DNA of 63,092 nt, filler included, from Choristocarpus tenellus KU-1152 (GCA_964200185.2; 11 parts of 11 records of this genome joined end to end with filler, not necessarily neighbours in it), one strand, 5' to 3'; shown: positions 1 to 13,822, numbered from the whole stretch's first letter. Numbers and translations: made by a program. Notes: a model not told the origin generated them from the sequence alone.

Positions 1-2909
1 CCCCCCGCCCCCCCCCTCACCCCCCCCCCATCAATTTTTTTTTTTAACACACACATACTCAAAAAAATAATAATAATAACATACATACGCGCTTGAGCTC
101 TTTAAACTTTATGCACGATGGGCCACGGGAGGGTACATGAAGAGTGCAGGGTAGTGCAGACTGTACAACAATTTTGACAAATATCATCCCTGACAGAAAG
201 TAACACCCACGTAACAGTACTCAAAACCACTCTAACGCAATACACACACACACACACACAAAAAAAACATTGTCTGGACAACAGATGCCACCGGGAAAAT
301 AGTCCCCAAGAATTGCCTGGGACAAGAAACAGCTCGGGGCTAAACAGGTTTTGAAAGCTTGCTGAATAACAGGCACTGGTGAGCAAATAACTCTCCTGGT
401 GCTGTCCAGAACAACACACAGTATGGACTAACAACTCCCAGGTCTTGCCCATGACAACAGATGTTTGAGAGCGAAGGGCAAATGGGAGCAAAAGAAATGC
501 TCGGCAGCGGACGCTACAGAGAGCAAACAAGCTCGAGCGTTTGGTGGAGCAAAAAAAAAGAAATATCACACAATAGGCATTACGGGCAAGGAACACAAAC
601 AAATATTATTTCTTATTACGGGTTAATTTATTTTTCTTCTTTTCTTCCGACCAAATCCTTCCACTTGTCGCTTCCGTGCTTCAATTAAAGGATGAAAATT
701 GTAATAATACACAAAATATTATTCTTATTATTATTATTGCTATATATACAGAAGTGGGGGGCTTCTGACGTTACAGGGGAAATGGACTCGAGTAGTCTAC
801 TTGACAACAGGTAGGTACCACAGAGCAAACGGGTGCTGAGCATTGCCTGCCTTGATGAAGGTAGCAACTCACAAACCTAGTCCTGGACAAGACACAACAC
901 ACAACACACAACACACAACACACGTTGTACAGCAAACAGCAAACTGAGTACAGACAACGGAGGTCATACGAACCAACTGGCCCTCAGGCATCCTTGTCCT
1001 GGTTGTCCTGATAACGGACCCCACCACTGCACAGATTGCCCCAAACACTGTCGTGGACAAAGGTCATTACGGGACAAATACGGACGATACAGGGAAACGC
1101 CTGCTAGCATGGGGCGTGACAGTTACACCTTCTGTCTTGTTTGTGAGGTGTGAATAACATGGTGTCACTACAATGTTGTACTTGTTTGGTTTGTTCCCTT
1201 TTGTCTTTCATCTCGTAACTTTTTCTGACAAATATTTTTTTTTTCTGAGGATTCTTAAGGACTCAGCGAGGTTTAAACGCTGTCGTACGCATCTTTCTAT
1301 TATTACATTTTTTGCTAAAAAAAAACTGGTTTTGTCGTTTATCATGTATCAGTTTTAGTTTTTTGTTGGAGGCATTAAATAAACGCCTGCATGGTGTCAT
1401 TCACACACATACACCTAATGTACAAGTACGTATTTTTTCTCCTTCAAAGCAAAAAATAAATTGGTCACAATAAAAAGAAACAACCTCTCCATTCCAATTA
1501 GGGCACAAAACGTATCCCATGTTCATCACTTGAAACAAAGGGCGACAGTACTACATAGGTAGGGAGGGGGGGGGCGGGAGGCGGACGAGTATCATCAAGC
1601 CATCAAACCCGAAAAAAATGCAGCAAAAACCTACACCTAGTTTAAACAAGTAGTTTGAGCAGTACTGCCAAGTATTCTCATATTGAGAGTACAACATTAC
1701 AGGACTCAACAATCCATATGTGCTTTCAAAGCAAGAAAACCCTTGAGGTGTTTCCTGGAACTCCAGGGAGAGGGGTGGGGGGGTCTAGTCTAAAATCAAG
1801 TCGCTTGAGTGATATTGACCTAGCTCCGTATACGGGTACATGTTTAAGATCTCCAAGCTCTGGCCCCTCCCCTGCTCAATATCATACAATCACGGTCTAG
1901 AATTTTCATTTTGACCATTGCTAGCATTGTGCATCAAAAGCAAGCAGATGGACGAAAAGATTCATTTAACAGGCCCATAGCCTTCTTCTAGTAGTTGCAC
2001 ACACATAGTCCGATCGAGACAAGCAACGCGCCAATGACAGCTACTAAGGAAAGGTTTTTGTAAAGAGCATACACGCACAACAAAGGAACCACCTAATCTG
2101 GACAGAAGGCTACGATTGCAGATTATGTTTAGGCTAAGAACAACAAGTAGGGATTGGATTAGCCACCCTACTCTTGGCACACAATTTTGAACGTTACAGG
2201 AACAGTCAGGCGTGTTCGTCGCCTTCATATCACATTTTTTATTACGCTCATCTGACAGGCGACAGCACTGGATTTTTCAAAAAAAAAATGCACAAAAAAA
2301 AAATGTAATTAAATTTAAATATCTGTATACCTATTTATGCATACACCTGCTTCCTACCTTGCTTGACCGCAAGGACAACATTGTGCTGTATGAGAACCTC
2401 AGACAAGAACACATACAGAGTATATAGCCGCACTAAATGTTCTTGTTTTACACTGTCAGAGCAGCACTGTCACACCACAACGGACAGCAGTCAAATCAGA
2501 AAATACAAATTCTGGTTCCAAGATTTATGGTCTCTTTGATGGTGCGTCAAAGAACGTGACTGTCGGAGGATCTTCACGCTACTCACACACCAGACCCTCA
2601 CCATCTAAAATTTCTACGCTATGCAGAGTACTGAGTTAAAGAAAATAAGAAGGAAATAGTTGAAACCAATGAACTACTGTACACTAGCTACCCTATTGGT
2701 CACTGCAAGGCAACGCATTCATAGTACCTGTGGGAGAAAACATGGAAATGTCCACTGTTGTCTTCGATGCATCTCATTCTACATACGACTGAATGGAGGA
2801 CCTCCCAAAAAGGCAACCCCGTCGTACAATACTTCAGCACTCCCAACCCCACGCCCTTCCTCTAACTGCACCACACAACATATATAACAAAGGTGTTCTT
2901 GACACCCAT

Positions 2910-3484
2910 CTACCATCAATCACTCTCACCGGCCGTTTGTGCTGATGACTCGCAGGGTCAGCAACAACACCTGCACCGACCATATGTCGAGCCTCTGCCG
3001 CCGCCGCTGCCGAAACCTCTTCTGTGAATGCCAGCACTGCAGCCTCCTCAATTTCTGCCGCAGTCATCTTCCTATCCTCATCTACCTCCCCTTCACCGCT
3101 GACCTCAGCTACTTGACTGTTCTCACCTATATCTAAGACCACTGGTTCCACCGAGGAGGTACCAACACCACCGTCTACTGCCACTGCCAACGCTGGCTTT
3201 AGTGACAACTCCTCATCATTGCCTCCATGTCCCTGCCCTCCTCTACCTCCAGCACTGCCTTCACCCCCTTCCTCGCCCACTTCCCCATCCTGTGCTTTTG
3301 GCGAAGAGGCAACTGTTGCTGTGGTATGGTTGTCAGAGATAGAGGACAGGAAAGGTTTTTCTATCACCTCTCCTTCTGGTACCCCCGCAACAACCCCAGA
3401 ATAGGATGCTGTACGCAAGACAGTCCTTGATCGGTGACGTTCAACATGGGCCGCCTGGCCCTCCTTCTCTGACAGGGGGATGAC
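2910..3484 (-). CDS. Internal exon of the FYVE-domain gene (acidic, low-complexity region)
   Basis: Phase-0 acceptor ttcag|GTC ATC CCC follows the phase-0 donor of the 3725-3847 exon; long open frame VIPLSEKEGQ...RVIDG. The donor position is approximate. Confidence 0.65.
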
Positions 3485-3724
3485 CTGAACCATGGAGATA
3501 AAATTGGAGCAGAGTGCAGTGATTGATACTTAGTTACAGTAAAGTGATTACAGCACTAGAATAAAGGCTCAAACAGTATACTTTAGTATGTGACCTCAGA
3601 TCGATCACTGAGGGAGGCATGGAGGACAGGAGGGGTCACATATGAGTTGGGGGCCGTAAAGTAAGAGCACTCAAGCGCACTACAAAATGGAACAGGAAGT
3701 CCTCCTTTGAACCTGACCACAGAC

Positions 3725-3847
3725 CTCGTCAGCTTTTGTGAGCCCGGACATATGATGTGCCTTGGCACAGGGTCGACAGACACGCTGCGACTTTACCCCA
3801 AAACCCTGAATCTTGAGCTTCTCCTTGCTGCAGGGGTCGCACACAGA
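3725..3847 (-). CDS. FYVE zinc finger, second half (exon)
   Basis: ctcag|TCT...GAG|gtctgt, 41 codons: SVCDPCSKEKLKIQGFGVKSQRVCRPCAKAHHMSGLTKADE. Supplies the CxxC...RVCxxC motifs. This frame is not in the ORF track. Confidence 0.85.
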
Positions 3848-4438
3848 CTGAGTGTAGCAGGATGCCGACGGAAAGGAGGGCCGGCAGAAGGATTAAGTAA
3901 GGGGGGATAGGAGGGTGTTAGTGGCGATATATCTTCGTTCTGTTCAACTCGGTATATGAAAGAGGGAATATGGAGGAGTGGATGCTGCACTTGTGGAGAA
4001 ATATATGGACCAGTGCAAAGTTACAGTAGCACGTAGACAGTGCGACAGAGGAGATGAAGCGAAATACAAGGATATTGTGCTTCCACACATATCTCATCTG
4101 CAAGTCAACAAGATACCTAAGGAAACAGAATCTAAGAAGTGGAGTCTTCATCGTTGCCAACTACGTAAGTACTGGACATGTATCACCCCGCCTTGCCCAC
4201 AAAGTCTAAACCTTGGAGGAGTAGTCTCGGTACTTCTACCAACTTCTGAAAGAAACCAACCTTACCAGTAAACGATACCATAGCACCGCCTCACCCCCCT
4301 CTTGGCCGACGAATCGAATGTGTGGTAAGAATGTAGACTTCTTCAGTCCCCCACCATCGTCCTTACCAAAGATGAGCTTGTCCCTTTAGAAACACAATTA
4401 TAGACCAGAAATCAAAGGAACAATAAACAATTCCCTAC

Positions 4439-4819
4439 CTTTTTGCATGAGCGACAGTGATGACGCCGGACCCGCCACGTGAAGTGGTAGCCACAAACAT
4501 GGCATGCTCTTGCAGACGTCGTCGCTGGGCTGGACGTTGCCGATAGTGACTCGGACCCAAAGCTTGTTTGCCCACGTCTGATCTTGGAGTCCCTCGGAGT
4601 TACTGCCAGGCCCGGCCCAGTCGAGAGTCTGTTTGAGGGAGATGACTGATGGCTACGGCTAACCAGACGCGACGATGAGGACCGACTACCAGGCAGTCCA
4701 AGGAAATTAAAGTGCGAAGGTCCCGCGGAGGGAAGCTTGATATCGTCGGGGCCGCTCATGTCGGACCGATCACACTGACTAGAAGGATCTCTGCTCGGAG
4801 AACAAGCCTTTGTCACAAC
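4439..4819 (-). CDS. FYVE zinc finger, first half (exon)
   Basis: ccag|GTT...AAG|gtaggg, 127 codons ending CHVCGYHFTWRVRRHHCRSCKK (R[R/K]HHCR FYVE signature); splices in frame to 3847. Confidence 0.85.
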
Positions 4820-6604
4820 CTGGTAGAAGTAAAAGCTTGACCTGGAGCAAGTTCGTGTGAGAGAGGATGAGAGAGTACAAAAGGAGCACTTGTAAAGAGT
4901 TGCGAAGCCTTACAATGATCACTTCTCTTCAAGTTCGAATAATAATATGATATCTGTCTTCTGTGGTTTGTGACAAGAGAGAGTACCTGAAGAGTACCTG
5001 GAAAATGGTCAAGATTAACGCAGGATGATGATGATACACACCCGCAAGCCCCTACAAGTTGGAATTTTGGACTCCAAACCTCCCAAACCTCCCCTTCATC
5101 CATCAATTTATTATTTGAATAGGTAGGATGGTTGAGAAAAAATACGCCTCTATGAGAACGGTATTTAAAAATTGAGACAAATCTGTCGTACCGTTCTTTC
5201 CATTTGTATATACCACCTCCAAGTGACAAAACTTGATAGATTATTTAGATACTTTTCAACATAATTTCTACATAATATTATAAACTCTTCTTTACCTTTC
5301 CCAGATGTGTTGGGGAAAATCTGAAACAAGATTATTACAAGGAGACTCATTATGTTACTACTGTTGTGTTGTTGAAGGAGTTGTCACCAAGCCTAACATC
5401 TCTTATGAAAGGTTTGTTCGCTACTAAGTAATGATCATTTTTCCACTATATATACCCTCTGACATTATGAAGATGTGTTATGGAAAAGCAAGACAAAAAT
5501 TGTATCAGATGGCCATACCTTCTTGTCCATTGTTTTGAGTACAAGTAGTGTATCTGATTCTGATATAGTATAGTCCCTTTCATGGTTACGTTTATTGCAT
5601 TCATTACATTATTTTTTCTCGTCTCTGGTCTCACATGAACTTGTTTCATGGTCTCCATTATGCTATTATCATGTTGGAGTGCACAGGGGAACAGACCTGG
5701 TCTTGGAGAATAGCCAACTGTTGTCACAATTTCTTCACTTCTTCTAATGAACCTTAGGGGGTTTTTCACATACATGTCAGCATGATGGCTTAGGTTAGGG
5801 TTAGGATTCGGGTTTGGATAAGGTTTTCGAAAGTGTAGGTAAAAGTAAAAAATGGTGGACCCTTGAGAAGTGATGATTTCCCAGTCCACACTATGATACT
5901 ACGCCACTTCTAGAATTCTCCCCTTCACGATTTTTGTTTTTCCTCCATCAAAATCCCCACACTTCAACCACCACCACCACCACCACTACTACAACAACTG
6001 TTACAGATAACAACAGTAGTTAGTTGCTTTAATATAACTTGATTCGTAAAAAATAAAACAGAACCGATTTCAACGTCCTGAAGAAACCACTCTCATACCT
6101 TAGTTGACACCACAGTGGAATACTTTCAGACGTTGGAGAGAAATTTGAACTCAGGGCAACCAGTCACATCGCCCAAAAAGAAGTGGACTACATCATATTT
6201 CGCTATTATAGAGTATCTGTTGCACTATTATTATTTTTTTCTTATTATTATTATTTATTTATTTCAATTATTATTATTATTATTGTTATCATCATCATCA
6301 TCATCATATACAGACTGTCCTATTATTTCACGCTCCAACTTCAAAAATTTTGAACCATGATGTCAGCTATTTCATAACAAGGTGATACGAATATCAACAA
6401 TCACTACGTGATAAATATCACCACTCCTAGCACTACTGTATGAGTATTAAAGAGGATGCGTAGGGATGGCATGGAAGAGGAATGATGGCGAAATTCAAGG
6501 GGTAGGTAGGGAGTGTGTATTCATGAAGGCATGCACATTTTGCTGCTTGCCAGGACAGTAGTAGAAGAATGACCTGTATTAACAATGTTGGACTCGGGAT
6601 TACA

Positions 6605-6864
6605 GAGTGAAAGTATCTTAGAGGTTACGAGTTTTTCCCTGTTTGTCTATTTGGGGCTTGGCTTCCCTCAGGGTTCTCATGACATTTTCCTACTCCAAAA
6701 CATTTCAGAGTAGGTACGATGTATACGTTATAAAAAGGTGTGTCCGGAACAAGGACATTGACACTTCCTAACAAACACGATCGCCAAAATCACATCAAAA
6801 TCGCAATATAGTAACCCTAACCCCCAAATGCACGCGGCTCTACCCTCTAAGATACTTTTGACTC
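6605..6864 (+). mobile_element. MITE family A (Sola2-like), full copy
   Basis: TIRs GAGTGAAAGTATCTTAGAGG...CCTCTAAGATACTTTTGACTC; flanks taca/acat, so the TSD is imperfect. Confidence 0.85.
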
Positions 6865-7654
6865 ACATTGCATTGGGTTGAGCGAGCCATTAGAGCCCAT
6901 CTGCTCAATGGGTGACTTGCCCTTCTTACTCCATATTTTTTGCATCGTCAGACAGGTCATATTGCCCTACAACCCCTGCTACACAATGAACCTTGATCCT
7001 GCCTAATTAGTATTTTATCACATCCTTCATACAATACTAGAGAAAGAAATATGTACTTCAAGTAATTCTCCATTTTTTCAGGTTGTAGAAGAGGGGTTCT
7101 ATATTGTTTATTATTCCTCCCTATATATTGCATGTTGCACACATCGATCTCTTGCACTTTATTTTGAGAATCTTGGAGAGAAAGATGGGCCCATCTGTCA
7201 CTATCATCGTGCATGTGCATGTTCACGTGTGTGTGCAAGTAGTGAGACGCCATGCTTTCCTCTAGCCGCACGTTGCTCTGTCTGTGTTCTCAGACATAAT
7301 TTCTAGTAGAAGCAGTAGCAGCAGTAGCAGTAGTGTGCTGAAGTACAGCAACAAATAAAACACGATAATAGTAACAAATATACCACCAGTGAGAAAAAAT
7401 GATAGGATTCCAACAAGCCCACCACCACCACTAGGTCCTACTTCAAAGTATAACCACTACTATTTATAGCAGTATCACTACTGACTATACCATACTAATA
7501 CCTCTTCTACCATCACATACACATATCAGGACCAAGTGTTCTTCACCCAGCCAGGCAACAGGCGACCTTTATATTAACATGAGATCCCCACCCCGTGCGT
7601 ATTTCATGTGCTTGCTCTGGTTGACAGTCAGGTCAGTGCGGTGTGCTTGCATTA

Positions 7655-7836
7655 GGGTCAAAGTATCTGGAGGGAGGGGGGGTGGTTTGTGAGGGGGCGT
7701 CCGTTTTGGTCAAACACCTTTTTTTTTTGCTGACATTTCAAATCCAATACGTACGACCAAGTCACACCAAAAAAGTGAAAGTCGAAAAAAGTCTGAAAAA
7801 CGGACGCCGGCACCCCTCCCCCAGATGCTTTGACCC
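7655..7836. mobile_element. MITE family B (related TIR core)
   Basis: GGGTCAAAGTATCTGGAGGGAGGGG...CCCCTCCCCCAGATGCTTTGACCC; flanks atta/gtta. Confidence 0.7.
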
Positions 7837-8130
7837 GTTAGCGCCTAGCATGTGTAAGGGGTGACACATGATGTGTGGAATTTATGTGTATTTTTGGGAG
7901 AGCAATGTTCTTTTTTTTCTGCCAGTGCTTGACAAGAATGTCGGCGATCTAAGTAGACATGCGCACATTATCTATCTGTGCTTCGTCTCTACCTTACTGT
8001 TGAAGTGCTGCCGTACATCCAAGTTTGGGGTTTCTTGCTTGTTGGCACATGTACGTGTCGATATTTCTCACGTTGGCCAGGGGAGGTTGCTCATTGTGCC
8101 TTAATCTCCGTATACATGACTCGAGCCATC

Positions 8131-8187
8131 GTTCACAATGTATACATTTTACCTACTCCGAAACATTTCAGAGTAGGTAAAATATCA
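8131..8187 (-). mobile_element. Internal fragment of MITE family A (central hairpin)
   Basis: Matches the cattttacctactcc...gagtaggtaaaat palindrome found inside every family A copy. Confidence 0.65.
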
Positions 8188-8260
8188 TTTTAAAAAATGT
8201 GGGAAGCTTTGACTGAGACGATCATTTGCCAAACCAGCAACAACATTATAATATTCGCAC

Positions 8261-8387
8261 CATATCAGAGGGGAGACTATTCAGGTCCCTTTGAGTACTC
8301 AGGGCTTCTTCAAACTTTCTGCACCACACCTCACTCCCATGCCTAAGATGAAGCTCACCGACCGACACAATGCTCTGTAGCACTGCC
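8261..8387 (-). CDS. Probable upstream exon of the same minus-strand gene
   Basis: Strong polypyrimidine tract, ctacag acceptor, open frame AVLQSIVSVGELHLRHGSEVWCRKFEEALSTQRDLNSLPSDM, phase-0 donor ATG|gtgcga. Confidence 0.5.
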
Positions 8388-9753
8388 CTGTAGCAGCACA
8401 AAAAAAGAGAAAAAGAAGAGAAAAAAAAGAATATATATATATATAGAGAGAGAGACAACGAACCTGATCAGTTGTGACGCTGGGGAAGAACCCAAGGCTG
8501 AGACTACGGCTGTTAAAGAAAAGGCAAAAAAATGGTTAACATAAGCTCGCCATTTAGGGCGCTAGAAGCACGTACACTACAAGCAGAAGGCAGTCACAGG
8601 GATCCCAAAATGCTCAACGACACCCTCTTCTATGATGCGATGCCTCCTTGTGTTGCTCGTTGTGCCTTCATTTTGTGTTGGGTCTAGCGATAGATGGGCT
8701 CATAGAGGTGGTGTTGAATATTGTTGCTCTTTCTCCACAGCAGCAAAGAGAGTGGAAGCCCTGGACCCGACCATTGATGATGTCTTCCATCAAGATATGG
8801 CAATACCCATATATTTGAGTTTCTGCCTGAGTCTATTAGGTTGGTGATGAGAACAAAATGCTGTGCAGTACATGCAGGATTTCATATATACTTATAAAGA
8901 ACAAACGAACGTACATGCACAGACCAGCTAGGATAGTGACAGGGAGTGACTCAGTCCCTACTGCGTACAACCCGCGCAACCAGCTAGCTATCCAATACGA
9001 TTTTATGCTGCGGAGAGGGACAAGACTCTTGTTCGCTCTCGTCAGCAGCCTACCACTGGTGATGCGTTGATCCTCTTTTGAAGTCATCACTTGAGGGGGA
9101 GAGGTTGTTTATGAGGGTGTTCATGTGCAGCAGACCAGTTTGTCTTGGCTGGGTAGCTGGAGCCAATCCTTGCGGGGTCTCATGCTTCCTAAGTGTATAT
9201 TGATACAGCAAGCAAGGGCAACAAACCACTGCCATTGCACTGCATCACAAGGAAGTCATCCCAGGATACAAATGGGCAGTATCTATCCCATGTTGCTAGA
9301 CTGAATTTAGTCAAACCTCTCTCCACATCTATCACAACTCGAGCATTTTGAGAGTCAACTAAAATAAGACATCCCGTGTTGTGAGTATGCTGCCCAGAAA
9401 CAAGACAATAGCGATCTGGTGGTCATGTTACAGGCGCCCCTCAGAACTCACCTCCACAGGATGTACAACTCAAATCCAATTCACATATTAACGCACGTCA
9501 GCTCAGCAGAACAGGAGTACTCTCAGGTGAATCAAGTAGCACAAGGAAAGTATTTTATCGATATCAGTTAAGAGAGAACAACTGAATAGGTGGGTCCTCT
9601 AGGTCAGAAGAACTGAGCCGTTTTGGGGTCTTCTTCTGGTTTACAGACATTGGAATATATCTGAGAACATTTGCGACCTTTCCATCTGGGACCCTTTGCG
9701 AATTTCCCGAGTTACAGATTTTATTGTGCAACTTTTTGGCAAATCGGAGTTCC

Positions 9754-9853
9754 NNNNNNNNNNNNNNNNNNNNNNNNNNNNNNNNNNNNNNNNNNNNTTA
9801 ATTAATTAANNNNNNNNNNNNNNNNNNNNNNNNNNNNNNNNNNNNNNNNNNNN
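9754..9853. other. Artificial contig spacer (first of ten)
   Basis: 100-bp N-TTAATTAATTAA-N linker with stops in all six frames. Others: 16262-16361, 22669-22768, 25675-25774, 31428-31527, 35171-35270, 39051-39150, 41861-41960, 45848-45947, 50022-50121. Confidence 0.97.
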
Positions 9854-10218
9854 CACTTGTGGATTGTGTAGAAAGGTGGACTCGGTGTATTTGAAGGCAT
9901 CTTGCAGAGGTTTCCTGCGGCACAAGGCATGGCTTCCACTTTATTCCCCTACCAGCAACGTACTGTACTGCTGCATTACTCAGGAAGAAAGGCACTTTTC
10001 GCGAGAAATGTTTACTCGCGCGCCAAACTCGCGTGAATATCTCCCCGAGTTTGTGCCAAATCGCCCAAATACGAGAATTCCGGTACAAAAGCCTATTTTT
10101 TGAACATGTTGAAAAAAGCGGTACACAATATCATATTTTTCGATTTGGTTCATAATGTTTGGGCCCAAAACATGGGTACCTACTGTATGTATAGACCTTG
10201 CGGCATGATACAATGTAT

Positions 10219-10275
10219 ATAGTTTCATTGGTTTCCCCCTGACACATCTGCAAAATGTCAGAGGGCATAATAATA
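10219..10275 (+). repeat. Terminus of repeat family C (…ctgacacatctgcaaaatgtcagagggcataataata)
   Basis: Near-identical reverse complement at 57520-57572; diverged versions at 11031-11134. Confidence 0.65.
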
Positions 10276-11030
10276 TAGTATTTGACCAGTAACAGCAATC
10301 AATTCTAAATATAAAGTTTCATCGGTTTTCATTTGAAAAAAGCGAAAAATTTCAAAAGCATAATAATATTATATACGGTTTACCTTTTTCACATCTAATC
10401 ACACTATATATTATTATTAATACTAATATATTGATGTTTAACATTTTCGGGGAAAAACCCAATTCAATATTTTATTTTACCCAATTCAATATCGTAAGGA
10501 CTCTTGTAAAAGTACAATTGTCATAAATGCGAAAGAGATCTCTCCAAAATCTATTTTCTACTTGACTACCACCTATACTACACCACTCCCACAGAAGGTC
10601 ATAATTACAATGTGATATCTACACTACTGTATGCCTCCAACCTAGCTTAGACCAACACAACTGGGCGAGGAGGCACCTCCACCTGGGGAACCATCCCAAT
10701 AATCTGAAAGGCCTCTTCTTTTCCATCTTCCTGGTGTCTCCAACAAAAAAACGCATGACACGTTTTGAGAGAGCCAATTAGTGACAGGCACTCTATGTCG
10801 TAAACAAGATTTGGTACTTCATTTCCTCCTGTACCCTCCCGCCCCTCTCCCCCCTACTGCTTGTGTAGCCAACTCATCCAGAAACCTTCCTGCTTGCTTA
10901 CGGAGGCGCTCAAGAATTTCCATCACTATGCATATGCATATTTAGAAATATTCAAAGAGAAAATGTTTTTTGGAGAGATACCTTTTTCATTAACAACTAC
11001 TGTTGCTCTTAGGGGTCCTGGTGATAGTGG

Positions 11031-11134
11031 TTTGACTTTTTCCCTGACACAGCTGTAAAATTTTTGAGGGCATAATAATACACACACACATAATATGCCT
11101 TTAACCTTTTGCAGATGCGTCAGAAAGAGTCAAA
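11031..11134. repeat. Imperfect hairpin made of two family C ends
   Basis: ~45-bp inverted arms around a (CA)n spacer. Confidence 0.6.
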
Positions 11135-12584
11135 TCTGTATCCCATAAAGGATACCTCTCTAACATTTCACTATTTTCAGTGCCTAACCAACTGAGAGCT
11201 AGGCAGGGTTACATTTTTAAGGATCCCGAGAAAGGGCAAAATGTTTCATTTTGTACAATTGCCGAAAGAGCCTCTACGGAGTTGTAGTGCCATTTTGTGT
11301 GTGAAAAGGGGGAATATCAATTTTGGGTACACGATCGTATGTATACAACAAGTAATGAAATAGAATGTATTGCACAGGGTAAGAAAGATGTCTTGGAGTG
11401 CAAAAGGGGATAAACCTGCCAACCTCTCAATTGGTTTAGCTCACTAGCTATGTAACAATGCCCCCCTTGAAGGTTGGTAATTGCAATGTAATGTGTACGC
11501 TGCTCCTATGCCTCTATCCCAGGTTTATCCTTCAAAAGATGGGCGAGGAGGTTGGGAAGCACCCCAACCAAGAATCTGACAGGCCTCTTCTTACCGATCT
11601 GCCTGGTATATCTCGCTTAAAACACATGGCATGTGTCGAGAGAGACTCCTGTAGAATGACGGACACTATCTGTCTTAATCCCTTCTTTCCTACTATATCC
11701 TCCCGCCCCTCTCTATTTACGATCTCATCAAACAAACTTTCTTTTCACCAAATAGGTATTGTTGTACCGTCAATAGTTTAGGATATTCTTTCTTGGCTAA
11801 TTTCCACCCCTACTGCCCTTCTCCCTTCCATTCCTCAAGTTCATTGTTCTTTGTTTATTCATTATTCGTTAATCCGTTCTGGTCAAACTTACCTGAAACC
11901 TGAACCAGAAAATATCCTCTTCCATCTTGTGGCTATTTCGGGATTCAAGGTACTTAAATGTCCGATTTAGTTTTCAAAACCATTAACAGTCCTTCCACAA
12001 AGATATAGGATTTTAGATCTAGAGTTTCGGGGAGATTTTTCTGCATTTTCTCTCTTGAAATAATAAATATGATTCTGAAGAACACCATATATAGAGAATG
12101 TGTATATATCAGAATGTGACAAGGTGTTGACAACATGACAATTACACGAAATAACAGTTCCTATGACATGTATTGTAGAAGGATGTAGATGATTCTTAAT
12201 AAAACGTTACTCCGTTTTGATTTTATTGGACGAGAGATGTCACTCCTTAAATATTTTGTCGCATAGTTAAGGGTCTGGGTGGAAGTTTGGAGATCTTTAT
12301 TCACCCTATGAACGCCTCGAAATGAATATCCAACTATAAGCGAGTACCCTTGCAGTCGGTTGTCGGGTACAATAACCCCAGCATTCTGAGGAGAAACGAC
12401 TGTATGTGAGGTCTGAACTAGGTGAAGGGATCGGATTCGCACCACCAGCTTTAGTAGGATAAGTGTTACAAATCTTGGCATATTTGGGAGTATGGTTGTC
12501 TACAAGCAGTTAGAGGAGATTTGGTTGTAAGTAGGGCAACGGTAGTCTCAATTTTTGACTTGGTTGTTGAGACTTTTGTGCCAG

Positions 12585-13822
12585 TAACAGAACCGTCCTC
12601 AGCCTCGCAAGGGAATTTTCACTGCCCTGGAAAGCAAAGGCTACTAAGTCGACGGGAATATTTGGAAACAGGACTGATAATCCCGGCTCATTAAGCTGGA
12701 CCTGGTTGAGCTTGGTCCGAGACAAGGAGATGTCCCGATTCCTAGAATACAGTCAGTTTGTGCTGGAAGGGGGCCCGAAGCAGGTACCGACAAATCCACG
12801 ACCTCTGAGTCTTCGATGGGCACTTGTGGATGGAAAATGGGCGAAAGTTGAACAAGATGGGGATCAGCTACGAGCTGCAGGACTGGGAACAGGCGAAGGA
12901 AGAGGACTGGTAGAGGGCACCTCGAAGCCGCTGTTTCGAGCGACAGAGTCTCACGAAAGCAACAAGACCGGGGAGAGAGAAGAAGGCGAAGAGGTTGGGG
13001 AAGGAGTAAAGGATCTTAGTGAAAAGATTATGAACGTTGCTATGGACCCAGCGTCTACGACCTCCTCGACTCACTCTGCCGTCTGGGCGACCCCTCCCCT
13101 AACAAGCACCTCGTGTTCGGCAACGACACTATCGCCGCCGACATCGTCTCCATCGTCGCCAACATCGAAGGATATCCAATTGAGAGAGGGTGTCAGTACC
13201 AAGAACGTCGTGCGTGACCTCACCCTGATGGCAGGTGGAGGGGAAGATGGTGGCGACAATGATGACAGGTTGAAAGAAGCCGAGATATTTGGTGAGTGGA
13301 CAGGGGGAGGACGGATCAGAGTACCTACAGCTGACTGGCCCAGGAGGTACAGCAAGGAGGACCTTGATGCTAAAAAGAGTGGCACCGAGTTAGAGGTTGA
13401 AAGGGGGGGATGCGAAACAGTTCCATCTCAGGGCGAATTATGTGATGGCGACGGCAGTTTATCGAATACCGTGAAAGGTCACTCAAGTAGATCGTTACAA
13501 GAGGGGCCAGGAATGCATGGTGCTGGTGAAAGCGGTGAAATGGATCAACCGAAGTCAATGCCGCAACAATCAATGGGGCTTCTACCATCGTCTCACAGAA
13601 GAGAATGTAATCAGAGTAGTGGCGACGTAACAAATTCGTTGTTTAGGGGGATCACGATCCTGCATCGGTCAGCTAGCACGGGGAGCAACATTGCTGGACC
13701 ACAGCACTTGCGGAGTGGGAGTGACTTGAGTAATACGATGGATGCCCCTACCCTACAGAGGTCACTGACAACGACGGTGGAGACAAGGGACAATGAGTGT
13801 CAGTGGAATGGAAGTGAGAATG
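12585..13822 (+). CDS. Large exon of an uncharacterised protein (S/G/E-rich)
   Basis: gtgccag acceptor at 12584, frame open through the 397-aa ORF, phase-1 donor AAT G|gtagtt compatible with the next exon. Confidence 0.7.

Noticed and set aside
102-2887. Short ORFs in the first 3 kb
   Set aside because: Microsatellite- and homopolymer-rich intron or UTR-like sequence with no recognisable domains.
4263-4385. Extra exon inside the FYVE gene (DKLIFGKDDGGG...)
   Set aside because: It would interrupt the FYVE motif, which splices cleanly from 4439 to 3847.
9798-9809. Recurrent palindrome TTAATTAATTAA as a biological site
   Set aside because: It is always centred in N runs; it is an assembly linker.
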